64,000 bases of DNA from Octopus sinensis (GCF_006345805.1 NC_042997.1:34472001-34536000); one strand, 5' to 3'. Positions 39,381 to 53,447 are shown, numbered from the stretch's first letter. Notes: generated from the sequence alone by a model not told the origin. Made by a program: numbers and translations.

Positions 39381-39455
39381 TGAAGGCGAATGTCCCGGTG
39401 GTTAAAGCGTCAGGCTCACAATCATGAGGTAATGAATTCGATTCCCGTACTGGGC
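39381..39455 (+). mobile_element. tRNA-derived SINE head fragment
   Basis: gtcccggtggttaaagcg (A-box-like) and gaattcgattccc (B-box-like). Confidence 0.55.
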
Positions 39456-42400
39456 TGATTCTGTTGAGAAGAAGGCCCCGAAAAGGTGCGCATTCTCTCC
39501 TGATAGCCCCACAAAATTTGCTTGCATCCGGTATGCGGAGCTTTCAACTGCTAGCACTTGCATTTGGAAGTTGTTTGAAAAAATATACTGAAGCAGTAAA
39601 TAGTATGGTGAAATGGGTGAGCGATTAAGTCTATCGCTTACAAACAGTAATATTCCATCGGATAGGTTTCCGTATTGATTCCGTCCGATTAATTTCACGT
39701 AAAATTGTCTGGCACTAAAATGAAGATATTTATCCAAGTTTCTACACAGTGAGATTGAATCTAGAATCTTGTAATTGCCAGGTGAACATTTTAACCACGG
39801 CAATGCGTGTGATCTTCCATACATTTTAAAAGTCACACAATTTCCTTGCCCGGAAAATATCAGATGTTTTTAAATTAAGCAATGAAGGAATCGAATATTT
39901 CAACGAAATGTTTATTACAGCATCTGGAATGTGAAACACATGTACACATTTTCTCCACGTGTAGTTTGGTATTTGGTTTGTAGTCACCTAAAAATAATGG
40001 TTCCATTATTTCATAATTACATGGAGGCGAATAGGAAATTACTATTTTAGTTCGCTCTAAATTTCAAAGAAAATAAATAATGTTAATCTGTAGGCTATGT
40101 CTACCTTGTTTAGCAACTGAAATAATTTATTTCTTTGTCGATTTAAAGTGAAGAGGAATATATATTTAATTTCCTAACATACAAATGTGTCAAACACACG
40201 CTTTTATGAAGTGTTTATTTTATTCGCTCCGGGCGGGCTTCGTGATATATGATAGTGTGAGTTAAATTTAATTTGTCAAGATATGAATAAATGTATTAAT
40301 ATCTTTCTTTCCACCCACCACAATTAATGCAAAGTTTGGTATCGTGCTTTAATATGTTAAGACATCCGTGTGTAAGAAGTAAACTGATCAGCAACACATA
40401 ACCATTTACATCGGCAAACATTTTTTCCACTTCAAAAAACAATTGAGACTGAAGCAGACATTGCATAACGTAAATGAATTTTATATTTAGTTAACACAAC
40501 GCTTGACCAAGAAAACTGAATGGTCATCTCCCTACCGTGAAATTATACTTAAGCAGACATTTTTAAAAATTGAAAGGGAATGTATAGTTTATCATTTCAA
40601 AACAAAGTTGCATGTATTTTATCCATCCATCCATCCATCCACCTATTTTTGTTGAGATTTCAAGATGAAATTGGTAAGACCGAAACTAATATTATATGCT
40701 ATTCAATCTGGCAAATAACTGTGTGGAACATAGAGGCAAAAATAGGATGGGAAGTAGAAGGGTGAGGTTTTAACAGAGAGAGAGAGTTTGTAATTAAAAG
40801 ATATTATCTAACAGCATCAAGAACAAAACTTCCTAGTAATTTCCGTTTGAATGATAATTGGTTATTGCTATAACGGTATTTATAAATGTGCTGTTACCAT
40901 AGCATGGACCTACTCCGCCAGAATTTACATTGGTAGAACGATTGACTTTAAGTGTTTTTATCATGCGCATCTGATTTCTTTTGCAAGAATTGGTAGAAAA
41001 CAGTCTACTTCCCTGACTACCTACATCTATCATCTCGCAACTGAGGGTATTCTCTATAGCATTTCCTAGTCCATAATAGAATTCCTTAGAGGAAATCGCT
41101 ACATATGAAGTCCCGACCTTGTGACATATGCTGACGCGAGTCCCACAGTCTATTATGTCAAAATATGGTCTACCTTAATTGCTTCTCTGACGTAATTACC
41201 GTGCGCAGGCACAGATACTACAAAACGTTCTTTCGTTGCCATAAATTTTCGTGTTCTAAACGTACTAATTAAACCTTCCTTTCTACTCTACAATGAAATA
41301 TAATACATCCTCCTCAATGAATGTATTCCTCCATTGCTAAATTAGCCACAATTTAAGTTTTCTCGTCTCTTTCCTCTCATCCCTCTCGTAATAACGTACC
41401 TTACATCTTTTACTCCGTTATCGTTTGTTTTTTTTACAATTTCTCTTTTAATTTCCTACCTCCGTAACAGGCCTTGATTTACTCTATACTATATGCTTGA
41501 TTACTTCGCCTACCACAGTCTTTTATCCTCACTATTATTAATTTCCTCTCTGTTAGGCACTGACCTCCTTTCGTTCTAGCTTACTTACTCATTTTTATTG
41601 TCCAGTTTCTCTCTCTTTTATCTTGAGGCTGTTAAACTTAGATTAAACTTAGATATGTTTCGACCAAAGATTGGTCCAGGCCATGTCTAACTTAATAGCA
41701 CCACCTGATAGGATTATTCGAATCCTGTTTAAGTCAAGTTTTGTTTAAGTCAAGTTTTGTTCAAGTAGTGAGTTCTTGTAGGGTGAGTTGTATCCAGTTT
41801 TGTTCAAGTAGTGAGTTCTTGTTGGGTGAGTTGTATCCAATTATGGGTGGCTATGTTAGCTGATGTATTTTAAATTACTAATTCTACCTCAGTAACCTTA
41901 GTCGCTCTTATATTTAAAAATAACTTCCATTGAATCAATTTTTGTATCCCATTGAAAATGTCACTGCTTTCCGAGCACACGGTATCCGGTATGATCCTTC
42001 GTAATGCTGGTAGCGACCGAACCATTACGCGTTTCAACTTTTAATATTATTTCATAGGGTTGCAAACAGTTTTTGCACTTGCAAGAATTGCTCTCGTGGC
42101 GAGTTGTAACATGCATAGCAGGAAAGCAACAGTCAAAGTATACTGAAACCTACAGTCATTGGTGAGGATGGCTTGTAGACGTTCACGTTGTGACGCATTT
42201 CCCTTCGTTTATCGTAATACAGTGGTGGACTTGAATGGTCTTAGGTAGCTGTTGATTCTTATGAGCTCATACTCCCTCTTCATTGATTTGTTTTATCCCG
42301 CAGTGTTTCGAAAAACATTCGTTTTTACCAAGAAATCTTGTAAAGCAGTTTGATCGACAATCGTACAGTCATGCCTAGGTTGTTCTTTCATGATAATCAG

Positions 42401-44289
42401 TAGGATATCTCTGGGTATCACATTTCTCTTCTGACACATTTTAATATATAAACCAGATAAAAACTGGAAGATATATGACTGACTAAATTCTTTCATGGAT
42501 GTGCACTGGCATAGCCTCGTGTATAAGACTGAAATCATTAAAATATAGAAAACAAAAGTAAAATATGTGAGTGGTAGAGAAATATAATCATGTATAGGCT
42601 AATTAAACACTCATACATATGAAATGATCATATTTATTTAAAGAAGGACTTCAAATTTTACGAGATGTAAAATCTCGTATACAGGTAAGATAAAATTATT
42701 AACTTGTAAATACTTTTGATATTAGTAATTTATGGTAAAATGGTTGAAATGACACCGTGCAAAAACATACTTTTTTTAATTAGAAGATTTTTTTTTTGTC
42801 TTGCCTTGTTAAATGCATAGTAAAATATGGTGGGTCAGTGTTTAACATCTTCACAAATTATGGATTAACATATTTTAACGTTAATGAACTAAGATGTTGT
42901 ACATGTAGTGAGGCAGTGTGCCTGACCTTTTCAAGTCCTTCGCAATTGGTCAGACTGATGCTTTTAACGTCCACCTTAAGTAGTTTTAGGATAGCAGATG
43001 CAAGAAAAATATGAATTTAAGAGTGTTACATTTCCAAGGAAGTGAGAAGAAACTTTACGCATTAGCTTCTAGTTGAAGGCTATCATTGATTTCATCTTCT
43101 CCAGTTAATTCAATAAATTTCATTTGGATGCAGTCTCAGGTGTTAATATAACTAGAAGCAGCACCGCTTCTTGTGCGTGAGCAAATCGTCTATGAAGTTC
43201 TTACCTGAGTTTGTTGAGAGTTAGCTACTGGAAGGAGTTGGAATATGCTGTGACTTTAAAAAGAAACTGTTGTCGTTGTGTTGCAAAGTTAACTGTTGTT
43301 GTTTATCCAAATGGTCGATAAGACATTGAAGTTGTGGCCATGTCGTGTTTATCCTATTTGCACCACTTTATCAAATTTGTCATTTTCAAAGATTCTCTCT
43401 CGCTGGATCGTGTGAGATCAGAGATTATAAGCGCTCTAGACTGTATCAATTCCTCATTCTTGAGAATGAGGTACAAGGTAAAGCTTAGGAAAATGTCAAA
43501 CTTAATAGAAATTATAGAATCGATCAACTTACAGATATTTTCGGAAAATCATTGTTGTTGAAATTGGAAACTGAGTGCTATCGACAAAGGTATGTTCGAA
43601 TTCTATATCGATCCTAATAACTCATCTGAATTATTTGGCGCACATAGCTTCATGGTTGGGGGTCAGACACCTGAAATGTCTCTGATAATTTAGACAAATT
43701 CTAGATACTATATGTGTGTGTGTATGTGCATGTATGTATGTAAAACCGTTAAATATTATATAGTTATGCATTGCTCTTTTACTATTAAACACACCCATAT
43801 TAAATACTACCTAATTTAAAATGTATTATAGTTATAAGATTTTTCGCTAGAAATTAAATCAAATACTTACACTGATACATCATCAAATAAATTCGATGTA
43901 CGTTTCATCAAAACAAGTCAAATTTGTTTAACGTTCTAGATTTCTAAGATTTTAAATGAGACTCATACATCTTGAATTAAGTTTCACTACTGGTTTGAAT
44001 ACTAACAAGATTACTTATTGCACGGAAGTAAGTAATTGCATTCATATCTAATATCAGATAATTGCAAGCTTGTAGTGTCATATAAGTGCTGTAAATTTCT
44101 AAACCATCAAATCACCACATAATAGTTTCTGTATTTTCAATGCTCATATTTTAAAAACCTAGGATCAAATCGAGAAATGTCTTATCTATTCAGATGCTGT
44201 TGCTGCTAGATCTAAGTTTAAAGTCGTTTACATAACACCTTTTCATATGTCAAGAGTTTACAGATTCACTCAAAAACCAATCAGAACAA

Positions 44290-44571
44290 TGTGACTACGG
44301 CCTTCCTGGAGCGCCGACTTTAGCCGAACAAATGGACCCCAGGATTTATTCTTTGTAAGCATAGTACTTATTCTATCAATGTCTTTCGCCGAATGGCTAA
44401 GTTACAGGACGTAAACACACCAAAATCTGTTGTCAAGCGATGATGGGGGTACAAAACACGCACACACGCACACACGCACACACACACATATATATATACA
44501 TATATTTACATATATATATATATATATACATATACACATATATATACATATATACATATACATATATGTAC

Positions 44572-44627
<56 letters not shown>

Positions 44628-44666
44628 GTACATATATACATACATATGCATATATACATATACACA

Positions 44667-44717
<51 letters not shown>

Positions 44718-44720
44718 CGC
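44290..44720 (-). mobile_element. SINE family A, tail half plus expanded internal microsatellite
   Basis: Aligns to 28720-28900, then runs into CA/TA repeats. Confidence 0.75.
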
Positions 44721-44822
44721 ACATACATAAAACTACATCAGGTTTGGTAAAGAAAACGTAATCACGTACCTACTTTGTCCCTGTTCTGATTACAGATAGA
44801 CAGACAGAGAGACAAATATTTT

Positions 44823-45265
44823 ATATAGAATAAGCACATGTATTAAATGTTAATTTAGGGGTTAATATGTAACTGTAAACTCTTTGCAACGTTTTAACTG
44901 CTTCGATCATCAAGTGGTAGTTGAACTGTAAAGGTGTAAAATAAGATGATCTTAGTGTTATCACATTAGAATTAAAAGTGAAAGATAAAAAGTGAAACAA
45001 TATTATAGTTACAATTAAAAGTGAAAGAATAAAAGTGAAACAATATAGAATAAGCACATGTATTAAATGTTAATTTAGGGGTTAATATGTAACTGTAAAC
45101 AACTTGCAACGTTTTAAATGCTACGATGATTTAGTGGTAATTGAACTGTAAAGGTGTAAAATAGGATGATCTTAGTGTTATCACATTAGAATTAAAAGTG
45201 AAAGAGAAAAAGTGAAACAATATTATAGTTACAATTAAAAGTGAAAGAATAAAAGTGAAACAATA
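44823..45265. repeat. 220-bp tandem duplication
   Basis: Units start at 44823 and 45043; roughly 95% identical by eye. Confidence 0.9.
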
Positions 45266-45329
45266 TTATATCACATTACAATATAGATGTGTTGTTTCAC
45301 TTTTGACCTGTAATACAGAACCAGTCTAA

Positions 45330-45508
45330 GAGATTGCTCTGAGCCCGCATTAGGCAAGAAGTTGGAAATTTTTTGGCCCATGACACTCCATGTTCCCTAA
45401 GTAATGCGTGCGTGAAATTTGAATGAAATCGGTTGGGTTATTCTCGAGGTTTAGGATTTCACACATACAGAAATACAAGCACACATTCTCAGTTTTATAT
45501 ATATAGAT
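45330..45508 (+). mobile_element. Helentron/HINE-like 3' end
   Basis: gtgaaatttgaatgaaatcgg..cacacatacaga..ttttatatatatagat terminus, the same architecture as 2630-2745. Confidence 0.5.
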
Positions 45509-46760
45509 TTACGACAACCCCACTAAATTTACTATCATATATTTCTAACAGGTTTTACTGAGAAGTGCCAGTGCCAGTTAACTACCTATAAAATGACAAC
45601 CAATAATTTTGGGAGAGTTGCTAAATGCTATAGTAGGAGGTTTCCTGCAGATAACTGTCATTCAAAATGAATATATATGCATTCATTCTTGTAATCTACG
45701 TTTATTGCAAAGCTTTTGTTGTAGTTCTTTGGTAAACTAGTTCGAAATAATTTGCACAAGATTATGGTTATGTGCGAATTAATAAGATAATGTGACTATA
45801 ACGGGAGAAAATGGTGGAAATAATAGAATAGAACCATAAACACATGTTCTCGATTTAATATGGCTGAGTCCAAAATTTAACAGAATAAACTTTGAAGTCC
45901 GTATCTACGATATCAATTAAACAAATAATAGTATAAGGCACATTCAATCATGGAACAGAAGCATAGCTGAACATTATTCGAGCATCAGGTATAAGTGGAA
46001 TACTTTAGTGCTTATCGATCGATCTAATAGTATTAATTTAACCATTTTCCCGTTTTGACTGTAGTGTGAATTATTTGGTTATTAAAGTTTCATTTAAACG
46101 TATACTACTGCAAATGTTTTATCACCAACTTTAGTATAAGAGTATTAAAATACTTAAAACAATCTCACAAAGCTACACGAGCAAGAATGATATCAGGAAC
46201 GTGTGTGTAGACAGTGTTGTGCAGGCTTATATCAAAATTGTTTGTGCAGACTTATAATTAACAGAATTTCAACTGTGGATTTGTAAGATTACATAAACAA
46301 AAGTCTTTCATTTCTAAAAAGATGACGCCTGACTTGAGAGAAACTGTTAAGATAATTTCTCTAACTCTTTTAGCGACACATTATAATCTGTTGTGACTGA
46401 TTTATCTATTAAGAACCATTTCTTATCCTGGTGGTTGTTGATAAAATATTGTTTGGTTGTTTGTCTTTTATCAGTGGTACATGCTAGAATATGAGTGTTA
46501 CGCTATTCTCTGAGTAGTGTTCTGCTATAAACCTAAACCATCTCTTTTCATTTGGCATTTCATAGTGACGTCATAACTATCACTGTATATAAGTCCCAAT
46601 AACATCATCTCTGTCAATGTATTCTTTTTTAGCTTCTAGGCCTGGCCAACTCAATTTACATGGTGGGCCACTTTAATCAGAGAATGATTTTTTGTATACA
46701 TTATCCATTAATAGTAAAATAATCAAATTACAGAATTAAGAATGGTTTTCACACTTTTCG

Positions 46761-47174
46761 TTTACTCTTTTACTCTTTTACTTGTTTCAGTCATTTGACT
46801 GCGGCCATGCTGGAGCACCGCCTTTAGTCGATCAAATCGACCCCGAGACTTATTCTTTGTAAGCCCAGTACTTATTCTATCGGTCTCTTTTGCCGAACCG
46901 CTAAGTGACGGGGACGTAAACACACCAGCATCGGTTGTCAAGCAATGCTAGGGGGACAAACACAGACACACAAACACACACACACACACATTTATATATA
47001 TACATATATACGACAGGCTTCTTTCAGTTTCCGTCTACCAAATCCACTCACAAGGCATTGGTCGGCCCGGGACTATAGCAGAAGACACTTGCCCAAGATG
47101 CCACGCAGTGGGACTGAACCCGCAACCATGTGGTTGGTTAGCAAGCTACTTACCACACAGCCACTCCTGCGCCT
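46761..47174 (-). mobile_element. SINE family A, full length, young
   Basis: Nearly identical to 28684-29105. Confidence 0.92.
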
Positions 47175-47329
47175 ATAATTTTGTTTAAAATTATAAAATT
47201 GTTGGCTGTTGCTTTACTGCCACTTATAAATTTAAAATTTATTTTGAAACAAATGTTTACACAAACAATTTTATTTTAAAATTAAATACAATACTTCAAG
47301 AAAGTAACAAGGAGGCCTGCTCCATTATT

Positions 47330-47780
47330 TTTTTCTCCATCTCCACATTTCCACATATTCTATAGTCACTATATTTTACTTCATTATACACATTTGGCAG
47401 TTCCTAAAGTGGAAAATTTTGTCTTTTGCTGCAAAAAATCCGTCAGTCCCTGCTTCGAGTTCTGCAGTTCTCAGCTAGTATTGGGATTTTTCCTTGTGAG
47501 AGGCCACTGAGTGCAACATCTGGCATCGGGCAAGTACGGTGTTCTCTTACTATCGTTTATAGAGGCATTCTGTAGAAGTATATTGAGTTCTTCATAACCA
47601 GCTGATCTAGCAAGCGGGGCCTCATATCAGTGAGGGGAGCCGGTGCGCATTGATGCCGTTGAGAGGTAGGCCCCGAAACGGCGCGCATTCTCTCCTGATG
47701 AACCCATACACTTGCTAGCTTCCGGTATACGGAGCTTTTAACTGGTAGCACTTTCATGTGCAAGTTGTTTGCAAGACATG
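47330..47780 (-). mobile_element. Internally deleted mariner-like relic; second fragment of the same family at 39460-39585
   Basis: YRKLASVWV and FFAAKDKIFH remnants; 47657-47775 aligns with 39460-39580. Confidence 0.45.
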
Positions 47781-47789
47781 TTTAAAGAT

Positions 47790-49900
47790 TTCCTTTATTT
47801 CTCCGTTTTATTCATAGCCCTACTTTCCTTGAAAACAGAAAATAAGACGCTTTTTTGTGTTTCCTTCATACTTTCTAGATATTTATATGAATCTTTCATG
47901 ATCCCTCACTAAATGTTTTTGGTGTTTTGCAGTAGATATTATGTAGCAGTTTTCTTGTTGTATAAGGCTTTATTGACTTGCATCTGAGAATTTTAATTTT
48001 TGAGTGTCAGATTTTGTTTTGTCATTATTTTTCTTGTTTTCCTGTCAAGCTTAATTAGTTCGTTTAGCCTCCAATTGAGAATATTATTAAAACTGTAACT
48101 TATTACTGGAACAACTAAATATTGATGGGCATTACCTTATTATTTTTTGCCTTTGGCTCACTTTTATGTAATAATCTAACACGTTTGTAATATTCCTTGC
48201 TAATATTGTTCTTTCATTTGTGTGAGTAGTACACTATCTAATTTATCGATTCTGAAGTGTCTGTGTGTCTGTTTTGGTTCTAATTCTCTTATGTCAGGTT
48301 CATTAGTATGATGTTATGTTTAAGTTTTATTTCTTCAGGCACACTTCGGTGGATCACATTTTTATCTTTGGTAAATTTGTGCACTGTCTGGTGTAGTGTC
48401 TCTAATTGTTTATCATTTTCATATTATAAGCTAAGATCATCCCTATACAAAAGACAGTTAACGCTAGACGAAAATGTAGCGAGGGGAAGCTCTCTTGGAA
48501 TATTTCTCATCTAATGGATATACGTTTAGTTTATACAATTCCTTCTTTTGTCCATAACTAGTTGACATTTAGTGATGACAATTTCATATAACTTCTTATT
48601 ATTGATGTGACCTTATTCATGACTAATAATATCTATATCTGAGGAATACTATCAAAAGCCTTCCGGTAGTCAATTCATACCATGCTGAGATCCTTTTTCC
48701 TTCGACAGTCTTCCGTTATAGCTTTGCTGATCAGTAATTGATCTTTACTTCTATATAAGTTTCTGATGTTCTGGAAATAAAGCTGATTTATTCTAAATGC
48801 TTGTTCATTCTCTACGATATTATTTAAGTTACAGCTTTGCAGTGATATAGCTTATAAGTCTGTAGTTTTGAGAATTTGCAGTTCCAGTAGATCTGTGAAT
48901 TATGATGACTTTCTCTTCTGTGAAGCCTTTTGTAAGTCTCTGGGTCCGTCAGCATTTCATCCAACGTCTTTGTTCCTTTTTAATATTCTGAAAAGAAAGT
49001 GAGATCGTGTGATGTTCCAATTCCCCTCAGCATGTCGTTTTTGCATTAAGAGGGTTAATTCTGCTGTGGTGGATGTTCATATGGTTCCGATGTAATGTTA
49101 TCATGTCTGATTCCTTTGCTGCCCACACACCTCCTCCAGATTTTCTTTACTGTTGATATTGCAATGAATTCTATTTCATTATTATCTAGGTCTTGATAGA
49201 TTCGTTTTGGAGTGAGTCAAAATGTTTAATTTGTTCAAATTACCGTCAGTATTTTTCATACCAGCGCATTCTTTAGCTAGGATTTCATGTTCTCTGATTT
49301 TAGCTGCAATTATTTTTGCTATATATCTGCAGTATTTGCCTCTCTCTCTTTCCTATTTTTAATTGTGGTGTTTCGTGATTGATTTCATTTATGGCTGAGA
49401 GAGATTCTTTCGTTATTTTCTGAATAATAATTTCCCACGTCTTTTGCTTGGTTTCCTTGCTCCTGTATGAGTGATATTGAGAAAATGTCTACTGTACACT
49501 GTAATCATCATAAATGCTGTATATAACGTTTCATGAGACCCAGGAGTATTGATATTTGTAACTGTTTTAATTTAAGCAAAGTTTGTTTTATTGCTGTCAT
49601 TGCTGTTTCATTCTCGGGTCTGATTCCATTCCCCACCGCGCTCTCCATCGATGCTATTAATTCTTTAATTGTACTGGTTTAAAGAATTCGAGTCATGCTT
49701 TCCACCTCTAAAAAGACCTATTTTAAAATATTCCCATATCGCCATTTTATTTATGATTTATTTGCGTATATCAGCTTTGTGTTTTGCATTTTGCAGTGCT
49801 AGCGTTAGAGTTTATCGTGCTTTCTTAATTATATTGCTAATTATGTGTGTTAAAAGTATTAGTTCTATTTTAGTGGTGTACATTCTCATTGCTTCTATCC
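47790..49900 (-). mobile_element. Long decayed RLE-type (R4/Dong-like) LINE, RT region
   Basis: Collinear remnants NYRLI, KDQLLISKAITEDC, IDYRKAFDSIP, R*EIFQ, NCLLYRDDL, YYKRVRLLHKSE and KLDRKTRKIMT. Confidence 0.75.
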
Positions 49901-49960
49901 TTATTGGATGTTTGGAGATATTTACTTGACTTTTCAATTTCTGGAACACTTTTCATCTTC

Positions 49961-50225
49961 GAGATATATCTTCTTAGCTTAGATTGTTGGGGTTCAACAT
50001 TACATCTAAATCTAGGTTACTATCCCTCCAAATATATACGAATTTAATGTAATTTCGTTTTGTGTGTAGAATATCGTCTTAGAATATGTATGAGATATAT
50101 CTTCTTAGCTTAGATTGTTGGGGTTCAACATTACATCTAAATCTGGGTAACTATCCCTCCAAATATATACGAATTTAATGTAATTTCGTTTTGTGTGTAG
50201 AATATCGCCTTAGAATATGTATGAG
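49961..50225. repeat. 131-bp tandem duplication
   Basis: Units start at 49961 and 50092; about 3 mismatches. Confidence 0.92.
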
Positions 50226-50687
50226 AAAGAGAAACAGTCATTTCACGTTCATTTGCGATTTTTTTGGTGTTATTTGCATGTCTGTAGGAGGTACCGTTTT
50301 AGTTAACTATTGACCCTTTTCGTCATATATAGGTTTATTTGTCTCAGCTGATGTTAACACCTGTGAGATTTTCTACATTTTGTGAAGCGCGTACTCAAAA
50401 TACGCGTCGTTTCACAATAAAAACAAATGATGCTATTTTTTAATTTTAATCCTTTTGGCATATTTTTTTGATTTGATGTTCTGGTGTTGGTATGGACAGT
50501 GTTGGACGGCCGTGTTCACACGTGATGTGAGAATGTTGAATATTATAAACATCTGGTATGTGATAAATATCAATAAATATTATTGGGCATTGCTTGCGTA
50601 GTTGTCTTTCAGCATTTTCTAAGTGTTTGTCATTCGATCTTGTTCGATATATTTCGGAGACAATGATGCAGTGCTCACGATAATAGA

Positions 50688-51262
50688 CCTCTTCTTCTTC
50701 TTCTTCTTCTTCTTCTTCTTCTTCTTCTTCTTCTTCTTCTTCTTCTTCTTCTTCTTCTTCTTCTTTTCTTCTCTCTTCTTCTTCTTCTTCTCTTCTTCTT
50801 CTTCTTTTCTTCTTCTTCTTCTCTTCTCCTTTCTCTCCATTCTTCTTTTCTTCTTCTTCTTCTTCTTCTTCCTCTTTCTTCTTCTTCTCCTTTCTTTCTT
50901 CTCTTTCTTCTTCTTCTCCTCCTCTTTCCTTTCTCCTCCTATCTTCTCTTCTTCTTCTCCTCCCTTCTTCTCCTCCTCCTCCTCCTCCTCCTCCTTCTTC
51001 TCTCCTCCTCCTCCCTCCTCCTCCTGTTCGCTCCTCCTTCCTCCTCCTCCTCCTCCTTCCGCCTCCTTCTCCGACTTCTTCCTCTCCTCCTCCTTCCTCC
51101 TCCTCTCCTCCTCCTCTCGCCTCTCTTTCCTCTTCTTCCTCCGTCCTTCCTTCTCCTTATTCCTTCCTTCTTCTTATCTTCTTCTTCTTCTCTTCTTCGT
51201 CTTCCTTCTTCCTTCTTCTTCTCTTCTTCTTTCTGTCCTTCTTCTTCTGTCGTCGTCGTCGT
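50688..51262. repeat. ~575 bp (TTC)n/(TCC)n polypyrimidine-polypurine tract
   Basis: Directly visible. Confidence 0.95.
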
Positions 51263-51444
51263 CATCGTAGTTTTCGCTTCTGCCGCCAACCTCTGGTGCC
51301 ATGTTAATAATAATAATGCCTCTTAGGGAAAGTAAGAGTTCTAAGCACTTGAAAGACTGCCGGAAACATGTGGATACTTAAGGGTACAGGCCGTAACCCG
51401 TTTCCCACATAAATACTGTCAAGAATAAGACCAAAACTGAGCAT

Positions 51445-51500
51445 TATTTGTAAATATAATAATAATAATATAAAATAATATAATAATAATGATGAATGAT

Positions 51501-51535
<35 letters not shown>

Positions 51536-51633
51536 AATAATAATAATAATAATAATAATAATATAAGATAATAATTAGATGAATGATGATGATGATGATA
51601 ATATAATAATAATAATAATATAATATAATAATA

Positions 51634-51666
<33 letters not shown>

Positions 51667-51760
51667 ATGATAATAATAATAATAATAATAATAATATGAT
51701 AATAATATAATTGAATAATAATAACAATAAGAATCAATAATAATAATAATAATGATGATG

Positions 51761-51793
<33 letters not shown>

Positions 51794-52035
51794 TCATAAT
51801 AATATATAATGATGATGATGATGGTGATGATATAATAATAATAATAATAATAATAATATATAAGAATAATAATAATTGAACATAATAACAATAAGAACAA
51901 TAATAATAATAATAACTGATGATAATCTATATAATAATAATAATATATAATAATAATAATGATATAATAATTGTAATAATAATAATTATAATAATAAAAT
52001 TAAAATAATAATAACAATAATAACAACAACAACAC

Positions 52036-52073
<38 letters not shown>

Positions 52074-52110
52074 TAAGAGCACCCAGAGAGCGCTCTTCTT
52101 CTTCTTCTTC

Positions 52111-52163
<53 letters not shown>

Positions 52164-52170
52164 TGTTATT
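51445..52170. repeat. (TAA)n/(TGA)n trinucleotide field ending in an inverted (TTA)n tract
   Basis: Directly visible; a similar field lies at 53330-53520. Confidence 0.95.
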
Positions 52171-52698
52171 ATTAGGCAACACCAAAGACCGCACAACGAT
52201 GATTTTTAATATGCGAATATCTGAAATAAACTCGACTGCTGTCACAAACGACAATACTAAAAATGAACCCGATCGTCCTCAAAAATTAAGTAAAAAAACC
52301 CCCCAAAAACGGAAGAATAATCTAGAATCCTTGTCCGGTATCTGATCGATTCCAATGGTAGTCATGGAATGTGAAGGTGGCTGTAGAAAATTTAGTAAAA
52401 GTAATATATAGTTTATCCTTATCTAATACAAGCCGAAGTCAACAAATTCACCATTCAAAATGGTTTCAAAGACGGAGTTAATACTAAGTTCTACTCAGAA
52501 ATTTTTAAGCAAATAGCATGAGACTTTTTGGTTTTCTCTTCTCCTAAATTCCGGCCTTCCTTTAGTATTCCGGTTGTTTTAGATCGATGTATACATGTAT
52601 GTATATATGTAAGTATACTGTAAAGTGTTAGTGTGTGTAATATAATAAAATATAATATAATATAATATAATATAATATGATATAATATAATATATATA

Positions 52699-52906
52699 TG
52701 TGACCTCGTGGCGATTTTTTCCTCTGTCTTCCCTTCTCGGGATCCTTCCTTCTCCTATGTTTCCGACGAAGAGCTCCGCTCGAAACGTTAAACCCTCCTT
52801 CTTCCCTTCTTTCCTGAGCGTCCAATAATACTTTATTTGTTCCACGTCCTCGAGTTGTTGTGTTTTGTTTTGTTTTTTTGTGTGTTTTCTTGTTTGGATT
52901 AACTTT
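52699..52906 (+). mobile_element. ~210 bp (TA)n-flanked element with minimal hammerhead (52759-52793), copy 1
   Basis: GTTT-CCGACGA-A-GAGC tcc GCTC-GAA-ACGT-T-AAAC; homologous to 60617-60826 and 61680-61882. Confidence 0.75.
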
Positions 52907-53119
52907 ATATATATATATATAATAAAATATGTTAGTATTATTTAATTTGTGAACGGTGCTGCTGCCGTTTGTCTATGTACTTTGATTTCTTTATCCATCA
53001 GTTTTTACTAAGAAAGAGACGCGGGATAAAATAATAATAGCGAAGCGAAAATAAAATTTTGGAAACAGCCTAAAGGGAGATGATTGAGAAAAACTTGAAA
53101 GTCGATGTAAAATCCTAAT

Positions 53120-53330
53120 CATGTAAAGTAAATATAACAAATAATCCCGAATCTTTGTCTGGTACCGCATCTATCCCAAAATATAATCAGTTCGTGCCAG
53201 TCGCGTGGCCAAACATCACTGTAAGCTTCATCTAAATCCATCCAGCGGTTCTTGAGATATCTTGTCCACGAACAAACAAACACGACTGAAAACAATACCT
53301 CCACCTTCGCTAAGGCAGACGTGGTAAAAA
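53120..53330 (-). mobile_element. Helentron/HINE-like non-autonomous element fragment
   Basis: Terminal hairpin acc(t/a)c..ccttcgctaaggc..gtggt next to (TAA)n, followed by gtttgtttgttcgtggacaagatatctcaagaaccgctggatggatt on the minus strand. Confidence 0.5.
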
Positions 53331-53341
53331 TAATAATAATA

Positions 53342-53385
<44 letters not shown>

Positions 53386-53409
53386 GTAATAATAATAATA
53401 ATAATAATA

Positions 53410-53444
<35 letters not shown>

Positions 53445-53447
53445 AAT

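Noticed and set aside
40830-41300. Possible RTE LINE remnants (also 4990-5200) and a CR1 endonuclease remnant (59340-59600)
   Set aside because: Motif similarity is too degraded to call by eye.
47668-47705. GAAAC...CTGATGA in type II hammerhead order
   Set aside because: The stem II strands (cccc/accc) are not complementary, and the segment lies in a mariner-like relic.
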